Source: Candidatus Dojkabacteria bacterium
GTDB taxonomy: Bacteria; Patescibacteriota; Dojkabacteria; SC72
Assembly (NCBI GenBank): GCA_028694805.1
Contig: JAQVKD010000001.1
Location: forward strand, 25,549-89,548
Length of the DNA stretch: 64,000 bases
Direction of reading: 5' to 3'
Shown here: positions 28,881-37,335 of the stretch, piece by piece
Layout: every line of letters starts with the position of its first letter
Numbering within the stretch: position 1 is the first letter of the stretch
Translations under genes and position numbers: made by a program
The notes under the pieces: model-generated
What the model was told of the DNA's origin: nothing
Seen by the model: the letters and a program-made list of their open reading frames with translations, nothing else
The model's database searches: none

Positions 28881-29271
28881 AGTTATACTGTCTCAGTCTT
28901 CCTCTTCCAGTTCTAGCTTCAAAACTGCTATCTTTGTATAGATTTGCATTTAAATCACTGGTCTGACTGTCAACACTCATATTATTTAATTCTTGTTCTG
29001 AAAGAGGTTTCCATGTTCTAATATCACTACTTAAATGTGCAGATGGAGCAGATATACAACAACATTTTGGCGTTAATATACCACAATCTAAATATCCTGG
29101 AGCACAACTCTCGAAATATCCTCTAGAATACTCCGGACCTTTAGGACATTCTGGAGTACATACACTAGGAGAACATGGTTCAGTTATTATTCCCATTGAT
29201 TTTAGTATATAGTATGATAATACAATTCCTCCTCCGTAAAGGATAATTGTTCCTGTATCACTTCTTGCCAT
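28867..29271 (-). CDS. N-anchored Cys-rich membrane protein with WKPLS motif
   Basis: N-terminal TM, CSPSVCTPEC..KCCC, WKPLSEQELNNM. Confidence 0.7.
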   Translation of the reverse strand: MARSDTGTIILYGGGIVLSYYILKSMGIITEPCSPSVCTPECPKGPEYSRGYFESCAPGYLDCGILTPKCCCISAPSAHLSSDIRTWKPLSEQELNNMSVDSQTSDLNANLYKDSSFEARTGRGRLRQYNFAGK

Positions 29272-29272
29272 A

Positions 29273-30148
29273 TTAATCTCTCCCTCCCATCATCATTAAT
29301 AAAAGAAATCCTGCAGCTCCTATAAATAAATAATTTTTAGGAACACAGTTTCCAAGTATACATAAATTTTTATCTGAAGGACAAGTTGCCGGATCGCATC
29401 CACCTCCGGATGGTGGTATTGTTTCTTGTACTTTTACAATTACAGTATTTGGTAAGTCAGAATCAGAAGTCAAACAATGTTCAGCACCTGACCATGCACA
29501 ACACCATCTACAAACAAGTGTATATGTTCCTATAACATTAAGGACAAACGATGTTGATCCACATCCATTTGCATCAAATACATGCACACCATTATCAACT
29601 CTTATGTCTCCAACTCCTATTGGATTTCCAGATATTGCAACTATTCTCCACTTTGGTGTTATTCCCAAACAATATGCGGTAGTTGACCTTACAGATGCTG
29701 TTAGTAAATCACCAGGTTTTACTATGAGAGAAGACTTTCCGTTCACTAAAAATGAGTTATCTTGTTGTGTACATGTCTGAGAAGTTGTTGCTGTAATAGA
29801 TTTACATCCAGTACCAGATTGACCGTTTGAACTACATATAGTATTTCCGCTTGCATTATATATTACAAACCACACTATGGTATATGTTCCTGCAGGAACA
29901 GGTTTAATAAATGGTTCTGATATAAATGTTCCTGATGTCTGACCGATTACAGTGGTCATTAAAGGTGTGAAGAAACTAAAATAAGCTCCAGTTGGCAATT
30001 GAATTTTTAGTTCTGCCTTATACGAAATTCCTCCTTCCCCTGCAGAAAATGAAACATCACATGCAACATTAACAGTATCATTTGAACCAGCATTGCATGT
30101 ATTTCTATTTCCATTTACTGTAAAATAACCTGATGTTATGTTACACAT
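29273..30148 (-). CDS. Two Ig-like domains + Cys-knot/TM anchor
   Basis: Beta-rich, FxVNG repeats; tail CDPATCPSDKNLCILGNCVPKNY + TM. Confidence 0.75.
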   Translation of the reverse strand: MCNITSGYFTVNGNRNTCNAGSNDTVNVACDVSFSAGEGGISYKAELKIQLPTGAYFSFFTPLMTTVIGQTSGTFISEPFIKPVPAGTYTIVWFVIYNASGNTICSSNGQSGTGCKSITATTSQTCTQQDNSFLVNGKSSLIVKPGDLLTASVRSTTAYCLGITPKWRIVAISGNPIGVGDIRVDNGVHVFDANGCGSTSFVLNVIGTYTLVCRWCCAWSGAEHCLTSDSDLPNTVIVKVQETIPPSGGGCDPATCPSDKNLCILGNCVPKNYLFIGAAGFLLLMMMGGRD

Positions 30149-30167
30149 TTTGTTTACCTCTTATATT

Positions 30168-30938
30168 TCATTTAATCATTTTCAATAAAAATAATGCTAC
30201 AATTCCTGCTCCTGCGTATACAACATATGTTTTTGGAACACAGCTTCCTAATACACAGAAATTTTTGTCAGATGGACATGTAACTGGATCGCACGTAGTT
30301 CCTCCTCCACCTCCTCCTCCTGTCGGAACGCATGTTGTTCCTTGACATATATAACCGGCTGGACACGGTGGAACACATCCTCCTCCACCACTTGACGTGA
30401 AAATAGCGTATAAATTTCCTGATGGCTGTGTTACTGTTCCTGTGAACGGATTTCCTGTTGTACTTTGAGAGCAACTTGCATCTGTACAGTATTTACTAAA
30501 GCTATATCCTGATGAAGGTTTTGCTACAAAGCTAAATACATCATTTATAAAGAAATTGATTGTCTGTGATGTTGTTACTGTTGTTACTTTTCTTGTATTT
30601 CTGTATACATCTACTGTTCCACCTACATTATTTTGAATATATACAGTTATTGTTGCTTGCGTTCCACTGAAATAAACACCTAGATAACCATCTTGTGATA
30701 TTGTTCCACTAAAAGGATTAGAGGTTGTAGATAAAGAACATCCAGTATCAGCACAGAACTTATTAAATGAAAACCCTAGTTGAGTATCAGGATATGCATA
30801 AAAAAAGAACGTATCTCCTACATTGTATTGAACTGGAACTATTCCGTCTCCTGGATTAACTACAGCAACAATACTTCCGTTACGACTTGCTTGAAGAGTT
30901 CCACGTCCTTCAACTATTTCAATGTTTACTGTGACCAT
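30168..30938 (-). CDS. Two InlB-B-repeat-like domains + Cys-knot/TM anchor
   Basis: Duplicated F.F.A.P..G.SF.KxCxDxxCS.STT.NPF.GT unit; tail CDPVTCPSDKNFCVLGSCVPKTY + TM. Confidence 0.75.
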   Translation of the reverse strand: MVTVNIEIVEGRGTLQASRNGSIVAVVNPGDGIVPVQYNVGDTFFFYAYPDTQLGFSFNKFCADTGCSLSTTSNPFSGTISQDGYLGVYFSGTQATITVYIQNNVGGTVDVYRNTRKVTTVTTSQTINFFINDVFSFVAKPSSGYSFSKYCTDASCSQSTTGNPFTGTVTQPSGNLYAIFTSSGGGGCVPPCPAGYICQGTTCVPTGGGGGGGTTCDPVTCPSDKNFCVLGSCVPKTYVVYAGAGIVALFLLKMIK

Positions 30939-30947
30939 TTATCCATC

Positions 30948-31472
30948 CTATATTTTATTTGTTACATATAATTCTAACGACTTTATATATAAAGGTGTGC
31001 TTCCTTTGTATACATAAGTGTAGTTATATACACCATTCCCTTTTACATCATCGGTGTCCCATACCGTTGTAAATACTGTTCCATAATTTGGACAGGAAGG
31101 AAATCCTACATAAATAGGGATTTCGTTATTTACTATTCCTATTGTTGGAAGTGCTGATTGATTATTCACATATGCATATATTTTTCCATAACCTTCGGAT
31201 GTGCTACATACATTATGAAATCGTATATCTACTATATCAATTGTTTTATCAATAGGAAGATTAAATGTTATGTTTAGATTTATAGACTCACCATCATTTA
31301 GAACTAACATATAGGAACGAGACTCTATGAATTGCCAGTGCTTACATATTAATGAATTTACACTTAAAGTATATGTATATTTACTTGATTGAGGTATTTG
31401 TGATGCTGATTTATTCATTAATAGTATGGCACCTAAACCTATAAATCCTGCAATGATCCAATTTTTGTCCAT
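30948..31472 (-). CDS. N-anchored beta-rich protein
   Basis: MDKNWIIAGFIGLGAILLMNK TM followed by a beta-rich domain. Confidence 0.7.
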   Translation of the reverse strand: MDKNWIIAGFIGLGAILLMNKSASQIPQSSKYTYTLSVNSLICKHWQFIESRSYMLVLNDGESINLNITFNLPIDKTIDIVDIRFHNVCSTSEGYGKIYAYVNNQSALPTIGIVNNEIPIYVGFPSCPNYGTVFTTVWDTDDVKGNGVYNYTYVYKGSTPLYIKSLELYVTNKI

Positions 31473-31500
31473 TTGATATCATTTATTTTGTTAAGTTTCT

Positions 31501-32355
31501 TTATCGTTTTATTAACATCATTAATAAAAGAAATCCTGCAGCTCCATAAACATATGTCTTAGGTTGACAACCAAATCCTATGAATGATAAACAAAATTCT
31601 TTGGTTGGATCACATGATGGAACGCATCCTTGTGCTCCATCACCTCCTCCTGTACATAAATTATTACAGTTTGATGTCGTATATATACCAGATCCATCAC
31701 AGTTATCTGATATACATTGCGTTCCTATACATTTATATTTTGGAGTTGTACATGAAGGATTACAAACATTATTACAATTTGATGTCGTATATATACCAGA
31801 TCCATCACAGTTATCTGATATGCACTGTGTTCCCGTACATTTATATTTCGGGGTAGTACATGAAACACAAGATCCGTTCTGACATATATTAGTCGATGGA
31901 CATGCGTTACATCCGTATGTGCATGCAGGTTCTCCTAACCACTTGCATATTGTTTTATTATCTGCGCAGTATGTTTGACCACTTGTAGGTTGACATGGTT
32001 GAAATGAACCTACATTAAGTGATCTGCATGAATTAGGCGTTCCTGACGCTTCGCAGTACAGCGGAACTACCTGTACAAGATCAATGAAATAGTTTCCCAC
32101 TGAAGAGAGATAACCTATCACTGCATCAAATATATATGTTCCAGAGGAAGATACGTTCACACTATTACTGTTGACTGATGCATAAGTTCCGTCAGGTTTT
32201 TTATACCTGAACCATACATGAATAGAACCATATGCAGAGTCTGAATATAATCTTGCCTTACATCCAATCAAATCAGAACCAGATGCACTACACGAACTTC
32301 CTGATAACATGACTCCGCTTTTTGTGAATCCATAATCCTGTATTGTACAACCCAT
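31501..32355 (-). CDS. Ig-like + Cys-rich repeats + Cys-knot/TM anchor
   Basis: Duplicated CTTPKYKCxGTQCISDNCDGSGIYTTSNCNN; tail CDPTKEFCLSFIGFGCQPKTY + TM. Confidence 0.75.
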   Translation of the reverse strand: MGCTIQDYGFTKSGVMLSGSSCSASGSDLIGCKARLYSDSAYGSIHVWFRYKKPDGTYASVNSNSVNVSSSGTYIFDAVIGYLSSVGNYFIDLVQVVPLYCEASGTPNSCRSLNVGSFQPCQPTSGQTYCADNKTICKWLGEPACTYGCNACPSTNICQNGSCVSCTTPKYKCTGTQCISDNCDGSGIYTTSNCNNVCNPSCTTPKYKCIGTQCISDNCDGSGIYTTSNCNNLCTGGGDGAQGCVPSCDPTKEFCLSFIGFGCQPKTYVYGAAGFLLLMMLIKR

Positions 32356-32429
32356 ATTTAGTTCCTAATTAGACAGCCAATCTTAGATTAACTTTCTTTG
32401 TCAAATATCTCATTTGACATATTAAATTC

Positions 32430-32603
32430 TTATATTATTCCTTTTTCTCTTACTATTTTCAAAGATTGTAAATCTATCCCTTCGATATCTTCAAGACTTA
32501 TTAATTCAGAACTTCCTAGCTGTCTTAGTACTGGAATCTGATGACTTAATACTATAAATCCTACAGCACCTACCAATACAAGCAACCAGTCTCTGCTTAC
32601 CAT
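32430..32603 (-). CDS. Small membrane protein with LEDIEGIDL..KG motif (57 aa, not in ORF track)
   Basis: MVSRDWLLVLVGAVGFIVLSHQIPVLRQLGSSELISLEDIEGIDLQSLKIVREKGII. Confidence 0.75.
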   Translation of the reverse strand: MVSRDWLLVLVGAVGFIVLSHQIPVLRQLGSSELISLEDIEGIDLQSLKIVREKGII

Positions 32604-32639
32604 AATATATTTCCTGTTATTAGTTGTTAATTTTCTCTA

Positions 32640-32846
32640 TTATATAAATCCTTTTTGTCTTGCTACATGTAAAGAAACAAGGTCAATTCCTTGAATATTT
32701 TCAAGCTTAATAGTAGATAAAGAATGAGATGTTGACAATGTAGCCGATAGCGAAGAAGCTCTTACCATCCCAGGTGAATATGCTGCGAGTAATACAGCTC
32801 CTAGTATTCCTACTCCAATAAGAATTGCGTCTGTTTTAGTTGGCAC
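32640..32846 (-). CDS. Small membrane protein with LENIQGIDL..KG motif
   Basis: N-terminal TM, C-terminal motif shared with 611-925. Confidence 0.75.
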   Translation of the reverse strand: MPTKTDAILIGVGILGAVLLAAYSPGMVRASSLSATLSTSHSLSTIKLENIQGIDLVSLHVARQKGFI

Positions 32847-32869
32847 TTATTTCACTTCCTTTGTTCTTA

Positions 32870-33097
32870 TCAGCTTGGGGGTTCTCCTATCCAATAATCA
32901 GGGTCACCTGGTTTTCTCTCATCTATTCCTGGAATGTGAAATCCGTAAGGATTTTCTACATCTTCTGTATCATTAGAACTGTTCTGCAAAGACATTGATG
33001 AAGATACAGGTCTAAATGCAGAGAAACGAGACATCAAGTATAGACCTGCAAACAGTCCAACTCCTACATAGAGTGCACTTCGTTCGATGTCTGCCAT
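32870..33097 (-). CDS. Small N-anchored membrane protein
   Basis: ALYVGVGLFAGLYLM helix. Confidence 0.7.
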   Translation of the reverse strand: MADIERSALYVGVGLFAGLYLMSRFSAFRPVSSSMSLQNSSNDTEDVENPYGFHIPGIDERKPGDPDYWIGEPPS

Positions 33098-33104
33098 GAC
33101 CTAA

Positions 33105-33737
33105 TCATCTCATTCCGTACATCTTATAGATAGGCGAATCTGCCTTGTCCGTTGCCATTTGACCGTAATATACCTGCCTTCTTATTCTCTGGTAATAATC
33201 TTCTGCAGGTAATATTGAAGGTGCTGCGTTAATTCTGTCTATTGAATTAACTTGTGCCATCGATTGCTGATGTGGGATTGCACCATAAGTTCTGTTAGAT
33301 GACTGGTTAGCCTGCTGTAATTGTTGTAATTGTAGTTGTGATTGTTCTTGCTGCATCTGAAGTTGTGATTGTGTTTGAGATAATTTCTGTTGCAATATTC
33401 TGTACTCTTTGCCTTGTAATGTTATGTTTACATTTGCTGGATTAACTCCTTTGTTTGTTAATCTAATAAGAACATCATACCCTACACTTCCTATTGCTGC
33501 TGCAGCTGCTCCATCAAGACCCATCTTAGTAAATAGATAATACAATCCAAGTTTTGGAGCATTATTAGCAGCTCCTGCTATTATTTTATCAGATGTAGCT
33601 GCAGTGTCTGGTAAGTTTGGTTTTATCTGTTGTTCTACATAACGACCGGAAAATCCACTTACTATGAATCCTCCGCCTATTACAGCCATGTCCTTTGCCA
33701 TTTCTGTATATCTTATTCGTTCTCTATATTCTGCCAT
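33105..33737 (-). CDS. Structural protein, paralogue of 38012-39055
   Basis: MAEYRER..IGGGFIV..AANNAPK..GSVGYDVLIRLTNKGVNP..YRIL aligned with 38012; ends MYGMR. Confidence 0.75.
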   Translation of the reverse strand: MAEYRERIRYTEMAKDMAVIGGGFIVSGFSGRYVEQQIKPNLPDTAATSDKIIAGAANNAPKLGLYYLFTKMGLDGAAAAAIGSVGYDVLIRLTNKGVNPANVNITLQGKEYRILQQKLSQTQSQLQMQQEQSQLQLQQLQQANQSSNRTYGAIPHQQSMAQVNSIDRINAAPSILPAEDYYQRIRRQVYYGQMATDKADSPIYKMYGMR

Positions 33738-33792
33738 GTTTTAATTTCCTCCTATTAGTATCATTTATTAATGCTTCTATTCAATATGTTGT

Positions 33793-33966
33793 CTATCTTC
33801 CTCTTTTTCTCCTCTCTTCTTTCTTCGTAGTTGCTCGCCTTTGTGATGGCGTCATTTTTCTATACCACACAGAACCACACACTGCACCAGGATCTCGAAC
33901 TTTTCCCTTTTTTTTAACCTGGTTAATGCAACTTCTCATCCATCTTTTAGGTGGACGCTTGGGCAT
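33793..33966 (-). CDS. Small basic two-Cys protein (57 aa, not in ORF track), putative nucleic-acid-binding core protein
   Basis: MPKRPPKRWMRSCINQVKKKGKVRDPGAVCGSVWYRKMTPSQRRATTKKEERRKRGR; GAGG SD. Confidence 0.7.
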   Translation of the reverse strand: MPKRPPKRWMRSCINQVKKKGKVRDPGAVCGSVWYRKMTPSQRRATTKKEERRKRGR

Positions 33967-33985
33967 AAATTCCTCTCTGTAAAAC

Positions 33986-34174
33986 TTAAATTACAAAGTA
34001 TTTCATCAATTCATATGTACTTGGTGAAGGGCATGTTGCTTGGAATGATGCCATTTTAGTATTAAATGCTGCTGTATCAGCACACATTTTACTTCCTGCT
34101 CTCATTGATGCAAGGTACATTCCTCCGACTACTGCCGCTGCTGCTATAATAGCTGTTGTTTTCGTATCAGGCAT
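33986..34174 (-). CDS. Small N-anchored membrane protein
   Basis: AIIAAAAVVGGMYLA helix; GGAGG SD. Confidence 0.7.
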   Translation of the reverse strand: MPDTKTTAIIAAAAVVGGMYLASMRAGSKMCADTAAFNTKMASFQATCPSPSTYELMKYFVI

Positions 34175-34256
34175 ATTTTATTTCCTCCTATATTTTATTA
34201 CTTGTTATTTAAATTATTCTTTAATGTAACTAATGTTATATGATTTTAATTATTTA

Positions 34257-34997
34257 TTAAAACATCCTTGCATTTTTGTTACCCAATACATTTCTATGTA
34301 ACTTATTCCAAAGTGCTGGAAGTGAAACGTATTTAGTTTTCTTATAAAATTTTATCACTGCATCTTCATATCTATTCATGTCGTATTCTGCTTCTCCTAC
34401 AGTCTTACCTTCTAATAATGCCTTCAGAAACACTAAATGTATGTCACGAAATATATCTTGAGAATGTATACTATCTACAGGAAATAACATTAAATCTGTA
34501 TATCCACTGTAAACTTCAGCTCCATAACGTATAGCACATTTTCCTAATTGACTTGCGCTATAACATGCTACAGTAAACACTATTGTATCTTTTAATAAGT
34601 TGACATTTGTTTCGTTCATACACAATGGATTACAAATATCAGGCATTGCTAAACATGTGTTTACACACCCAGATGAATATATTAAAGGTTTAATTATTTC
34701 ACGTAAATTTGGCATGTTTAGTAACTCATCTATATCAAACTTTCTTGTTATTACACATTCGCTCTGTCCTTGAATGCTAGATGGACATCCATGAGAAAAT
34801 GTAACTACGAGTCTTGGTCTGTAATATTGCAAAGATTTTGTTACATTGTTATATGTGACTTCGTTTTTCTTTATGTCGATAACAGTGTAACCATAGCTTT
34901 TCATCATCTTGTATGCTTTCTCAGCCCAGTCATATGTATGAATTGTTGGATCGTTTTCCTTTCTAGGTCTTAAAAGAACTATTGTTGAATTATTCAT
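34257..34997 (-). CDS. Clan CD (gingipain/caspase-like) cysteine protease
   Basis: VVTFSHG (His-Gly) and FTVACYS (Ala-Cys) catalytic dyad pattern; LG..AIRYGA..YSGY; ends VLGN typical of C25-like folds. Confidence 0.65.
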   Translation of the reverse strand: MNNSTIVLLRPRKENDPTIHTYDWAEKAYKMMKSYGYTVIDIKKNEVTYNNVTKSLQYYRPRLVVTFSHGCPSSIQGQSECVITRKFDIDELLNMPNLREIIKPLIYSSGCVNTCLAMPDICNPLCMNETNVNLLKDTIVFTVACYSASQLGKCAIRYGAEVYSGYTDLMLFPVDSIHSQDIFRDIHLVFLKALLEGKTVGEAEYDMNRYEDAVIKFYKKTKYVSLPALWNKLHRNVLGNKNARMF

Positions 34998-35016
34998 GTA
35001 TTTTCGTGAGTTTAGT

Positions 35017-35556
35017 TTATTTCAGCTTCAATTCTTCTTTCCTAAAGTTTTCATTTATTACTTTATCTACATTTAAGTATAACTCCTCTTCGTCTCCTTC
35101 ATTTTTTTCAATTAAGATATTTTCAATATCAACAAATTGTTTAGCTTTATGTTGACAATTTGTTCCAGGATTGTTTTTTATCATACAAGTTACTTTTCCG
35201 TCCTTCGGTGAACCTATACAACTAACATCGTTTTGTTCATGGCAGTTACTGAATATGTCTAGTGCACTTGGTTCATCTGATGATGTTGTAACATGACTAT
35301 GAAATGTACCAACGGGTTTTTTTCCTCTTTCTCTGCATTCTGACTGAAATTTTATGTATCTTTCTTCACTATGAGAACTCTGAGAATGTTCTTGACCAGG
35401 ATATATCTTACTAGTTTTTTCATCAAGACATAAAGTAAAACCGTGTTCTTTATCAGTATCTTGAGTCTTTTCTATTAGCTTACTCATCTTTAATACTGTA
35501 GTGTCAGAAAAGACATATTTTCCAATTCGTTGATCTCTATGTTTGTTAGTTTTCAT
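35017..35556 (-). CDS. JAB/MPN+ (JAMM) metalloprotease-like protein
   Basis: EHGFTLC...GTFHSH......SALD (E..HxH..S..D). Confidence 0.8.
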   Translation of the reverse strand: MKTNKHRDQRIGKYVFSDTTVLKMSKLIEKTQDTDKEHGFTLCLDEKTSKIYPGQEHSQSSHSEERYIKFQSECRERGKKPVGTFHSHVTTSSDEPSALDIFSNCHEQNDVSCIGSPKDGKVTCMIKNNPGTNCQHKAKQFVDIENILIEKNEGDEEELYLNVDKVINENFRKEELKLK

Positions 35557-35559
35557 ATA

Positions 35560-36105
35560 TTAAAGTATCTTCTTACTCTTAAACTTCTTCTCTGTGAAAT
35601 TATCAACAGCGTTTAATAATGCAGTTTTCACTGTTTCTCTGTCTACAGGATCGATATATACATAAGTATCTTCGATGTCAACAAATGGTTTAGCTTCATC
35701 TTGACACGACTTACCTTGATTTCTTTTAATGTAGCACTCTATTTCTCCTTTTTTATTCATTCCTACACAATCAATTTTTGATTCTTCATCACAACTGCTA
35801 AGCAAGTCCATTGCTGAAAATCGAGTTTCTGATGGTCGTGGATGAGTGTGATAACTTCCAATATATTTATCATGCTTTCCTTTACAAGTTTCAGGAACCA
35901 TTATGCTTACATAATCCCCAACCGATGACTTCCCAGGAACCACCTTTCTATCCTCACTTAAACATAAAGCCATTCCATGTTCTTTTCCATTTACAGCAGT
36001 TTTATGATTAAGTTCATTCATCTCTCTAATTGTTTCTTTTGGAATGAAGAACGAATTAACTATTTCGTCGCCTGTCTTTTTAGTATGTTTAGTTCCCTTA
36101 TGCAT
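35560..36105 (-). CDS. JAB/MPN+ (JAMM) metalloprotease-like protein, tandem paralogue
   Basis: EHGMALC...GSYHTHP.....FSAMD. Confidence 0.8.
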   Translation of the reverse strand: MHKGTKHTKKTGDEIVNSFFIPKETIREMNELNHKTAVNGKEHGMALCLSEDRKVVPGKSSVGDYVSIMVPETCKGKHDKYIGSYHTHPRPSETRFSAMDLLSSCDEESKIDCVGMNKKGEIECYIKRNQGKSCQDEAKPFVDIEDTYVYIDPVDRETVKTALLNAVDNFTEKKFKSKKIL

Positions 36106-36152
36106 AACATTTGATATTCTTTAGAAAAACATAATTTTTCTGACTTAGATAT

Positions 36153-36620
36153 TTATTTTTTACCCATCATCAATAAAGCTAATACTCCACCACCGACTAT
36201 TAAATACTTATTTTGAACTCCTGCAGTACAACCATTCCATATTCCTGTTCCGCATTCAGTAGCTGCTGTTGGGAAAGAAGATATAGCACTATCTACTACA
36301 GGTTGAGGAAGCGTGTTATCAGATGCAGGTGTTCCATCCTTATTTGTCTTTTCTATTGTAATTCCATTACAATCTATTGTAATCCCAGGAGTTTTCACTA
36401 CTGTTATCAAATAATTATAATTTGGATCTGACTTATTTACATATGCAAGTATATATACTGCAAAAACCGAAACCTCATACCATCCATCACCAACGTATAT
36501 ATTTATATGAGGGAGACTTACTACAAGCTTTGAATCTATTGTTTTATTTTTAATAGCATCAATAATTTGTTGCTCTCGTGGAGTACATGTCTGCAGAGAA
36601 TTATATTTATAGTTCATCAA
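36153..36620 (-). CDS. C-terminally anchored membrane protein
   Basis: Tail ECGTGIWNGCTAGVQNKYLIVGGGVLALLMMGKK; likely start is the ATG at 36617 overlapping the upstream stop. Confidence 0.7.
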   Translation of the reverse strand: MMNYKYNSLQTCTPREQQIIDAIKNKTIDSKLVVSLPHINIYVGDGWYEVSVFAVYILAYVNKSDPNYNYLITVVKTPGITIDCNGITIEKTNKDGTPASDNTLPQPVVDSAISSFPTAATECGTGIWNGCTAGVQNKYLIVGGGVLALLMMGKK

Positions 36621-36778
36621 TATTCCTCCTGTAAAATTTTCTCAATACTCTTTAACTTTTTTCCTATTTCACTATCTGCTTCTATTTCTTCTTCTAGTTG
36701 ATCTACAGTTAAAGTAGTTGCTCCTGCACATATCTTCGTGTTCTCTAAATCATCACGTGTCAACTTTTCGTACTTCAT
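36617..36778 (-). CDS. Small acidic protein (53 aa, not in ORF track)
   Basis: MKYEKLTRDDLENTKICAGATTLTVDQLEEEIEADSEIGKKLKSIEKILQEEY; AGGAG SD, TGATG coupling to the next gene. Confidence 0.6.
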   Translation of the reverse strand: MKYEKLTRDDLENTKICAGATTLTVDQLEEEIEADSEIGKKLKSIEKILQEEY

Positions 36779-36797
36779 GATACATATCTCCTTACTG

Positions 36798-37097
36798 TTA
36801 CTCCATTCTTCTACTAATGTTCACTGTTGTATTCGCAAAAACATCAACATGTCCTGATGCATCTTTATAACCTTGTAATTTAAATACAAAATTTCTTCTT
36901 CCTTCTGTTAGAGGAACTGCTGTTGGTGTTCTCTGAATTTCTTCAGTATACGGATTTGTAAGTATTCTTCCGTCTATATATATTGTTGCACCTTGAGGAT
37001 CCGAATTAAAATGAACTATTCCTGTTCCTCTTTCTAGATATTTTATTCCTTGTGATACATCGAGTGATTTATTTTTGTTACATGAACTACATGCCAT
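36798..37097 (-). CDS. PEGA domain protein
   Basis: GIVHFNSDPQGATIYIDG..TP..LTEGRR..KLQGY. Confidence 0.8.
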   Translation of the reverse strand: MACSSCNKNKSLDVSQGIKYLERGTGIVHFNSDPQGATIYIDGRILTNPYTEEIQRTPTAVPLTEGRRNFVFKLQGYKDASGHVDVFANTTVNISRRME

Positions 37098-37169
37098 TTT
37101 AATCCATCCTTTCTGATGTTATGACATTTAATTATTTGTGATATTTTTAAAATATTGAAGAATAGAAGA

Positions 37170-37202
37170 CAGGATTTGGTAGAGTGATAAAGACCAATCC
37201 TG
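37170..37202 (-). terminator. Hairpin, second terminator-like element after the MCP gene
   Basis: caggatt(t)ggt ... accaatcctg inverted repeat followed on the minus strand by TCTTCTATTCTT. Confidence 0.4.
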
Positions 37203-37284
37203 CCATTTTATAAATATTATATATTTACACCATCCACTCCATTATACCATAATGCAGTTAACCCCTAATCAAATAAAAAATTCT

Positions 37285-37317
37285 ATAGAGATATTGTATC
37301 CACAACAATATCTCTAT
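37285..37317 (-). terminator. Stem-loop terminator / mRNA-stabilising hairpin after the MCP gene
   Basis: Perfect 13-bp inverted repeat atagagatattgt / acaatatctctat, 7-nt loop, followed by TTTTTT on the minus strand. Confidence 0.7.
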
Positions 37318-37335
37318 TTGCAAGTTATTATTGAT

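Noticed and set aside
21003-32355. Cys-rich proteins as multiheme cytochromes
   Set aside because: No CxxCH motifs seen and no signal peptides; Cys spacing fits disulfide or metal knots
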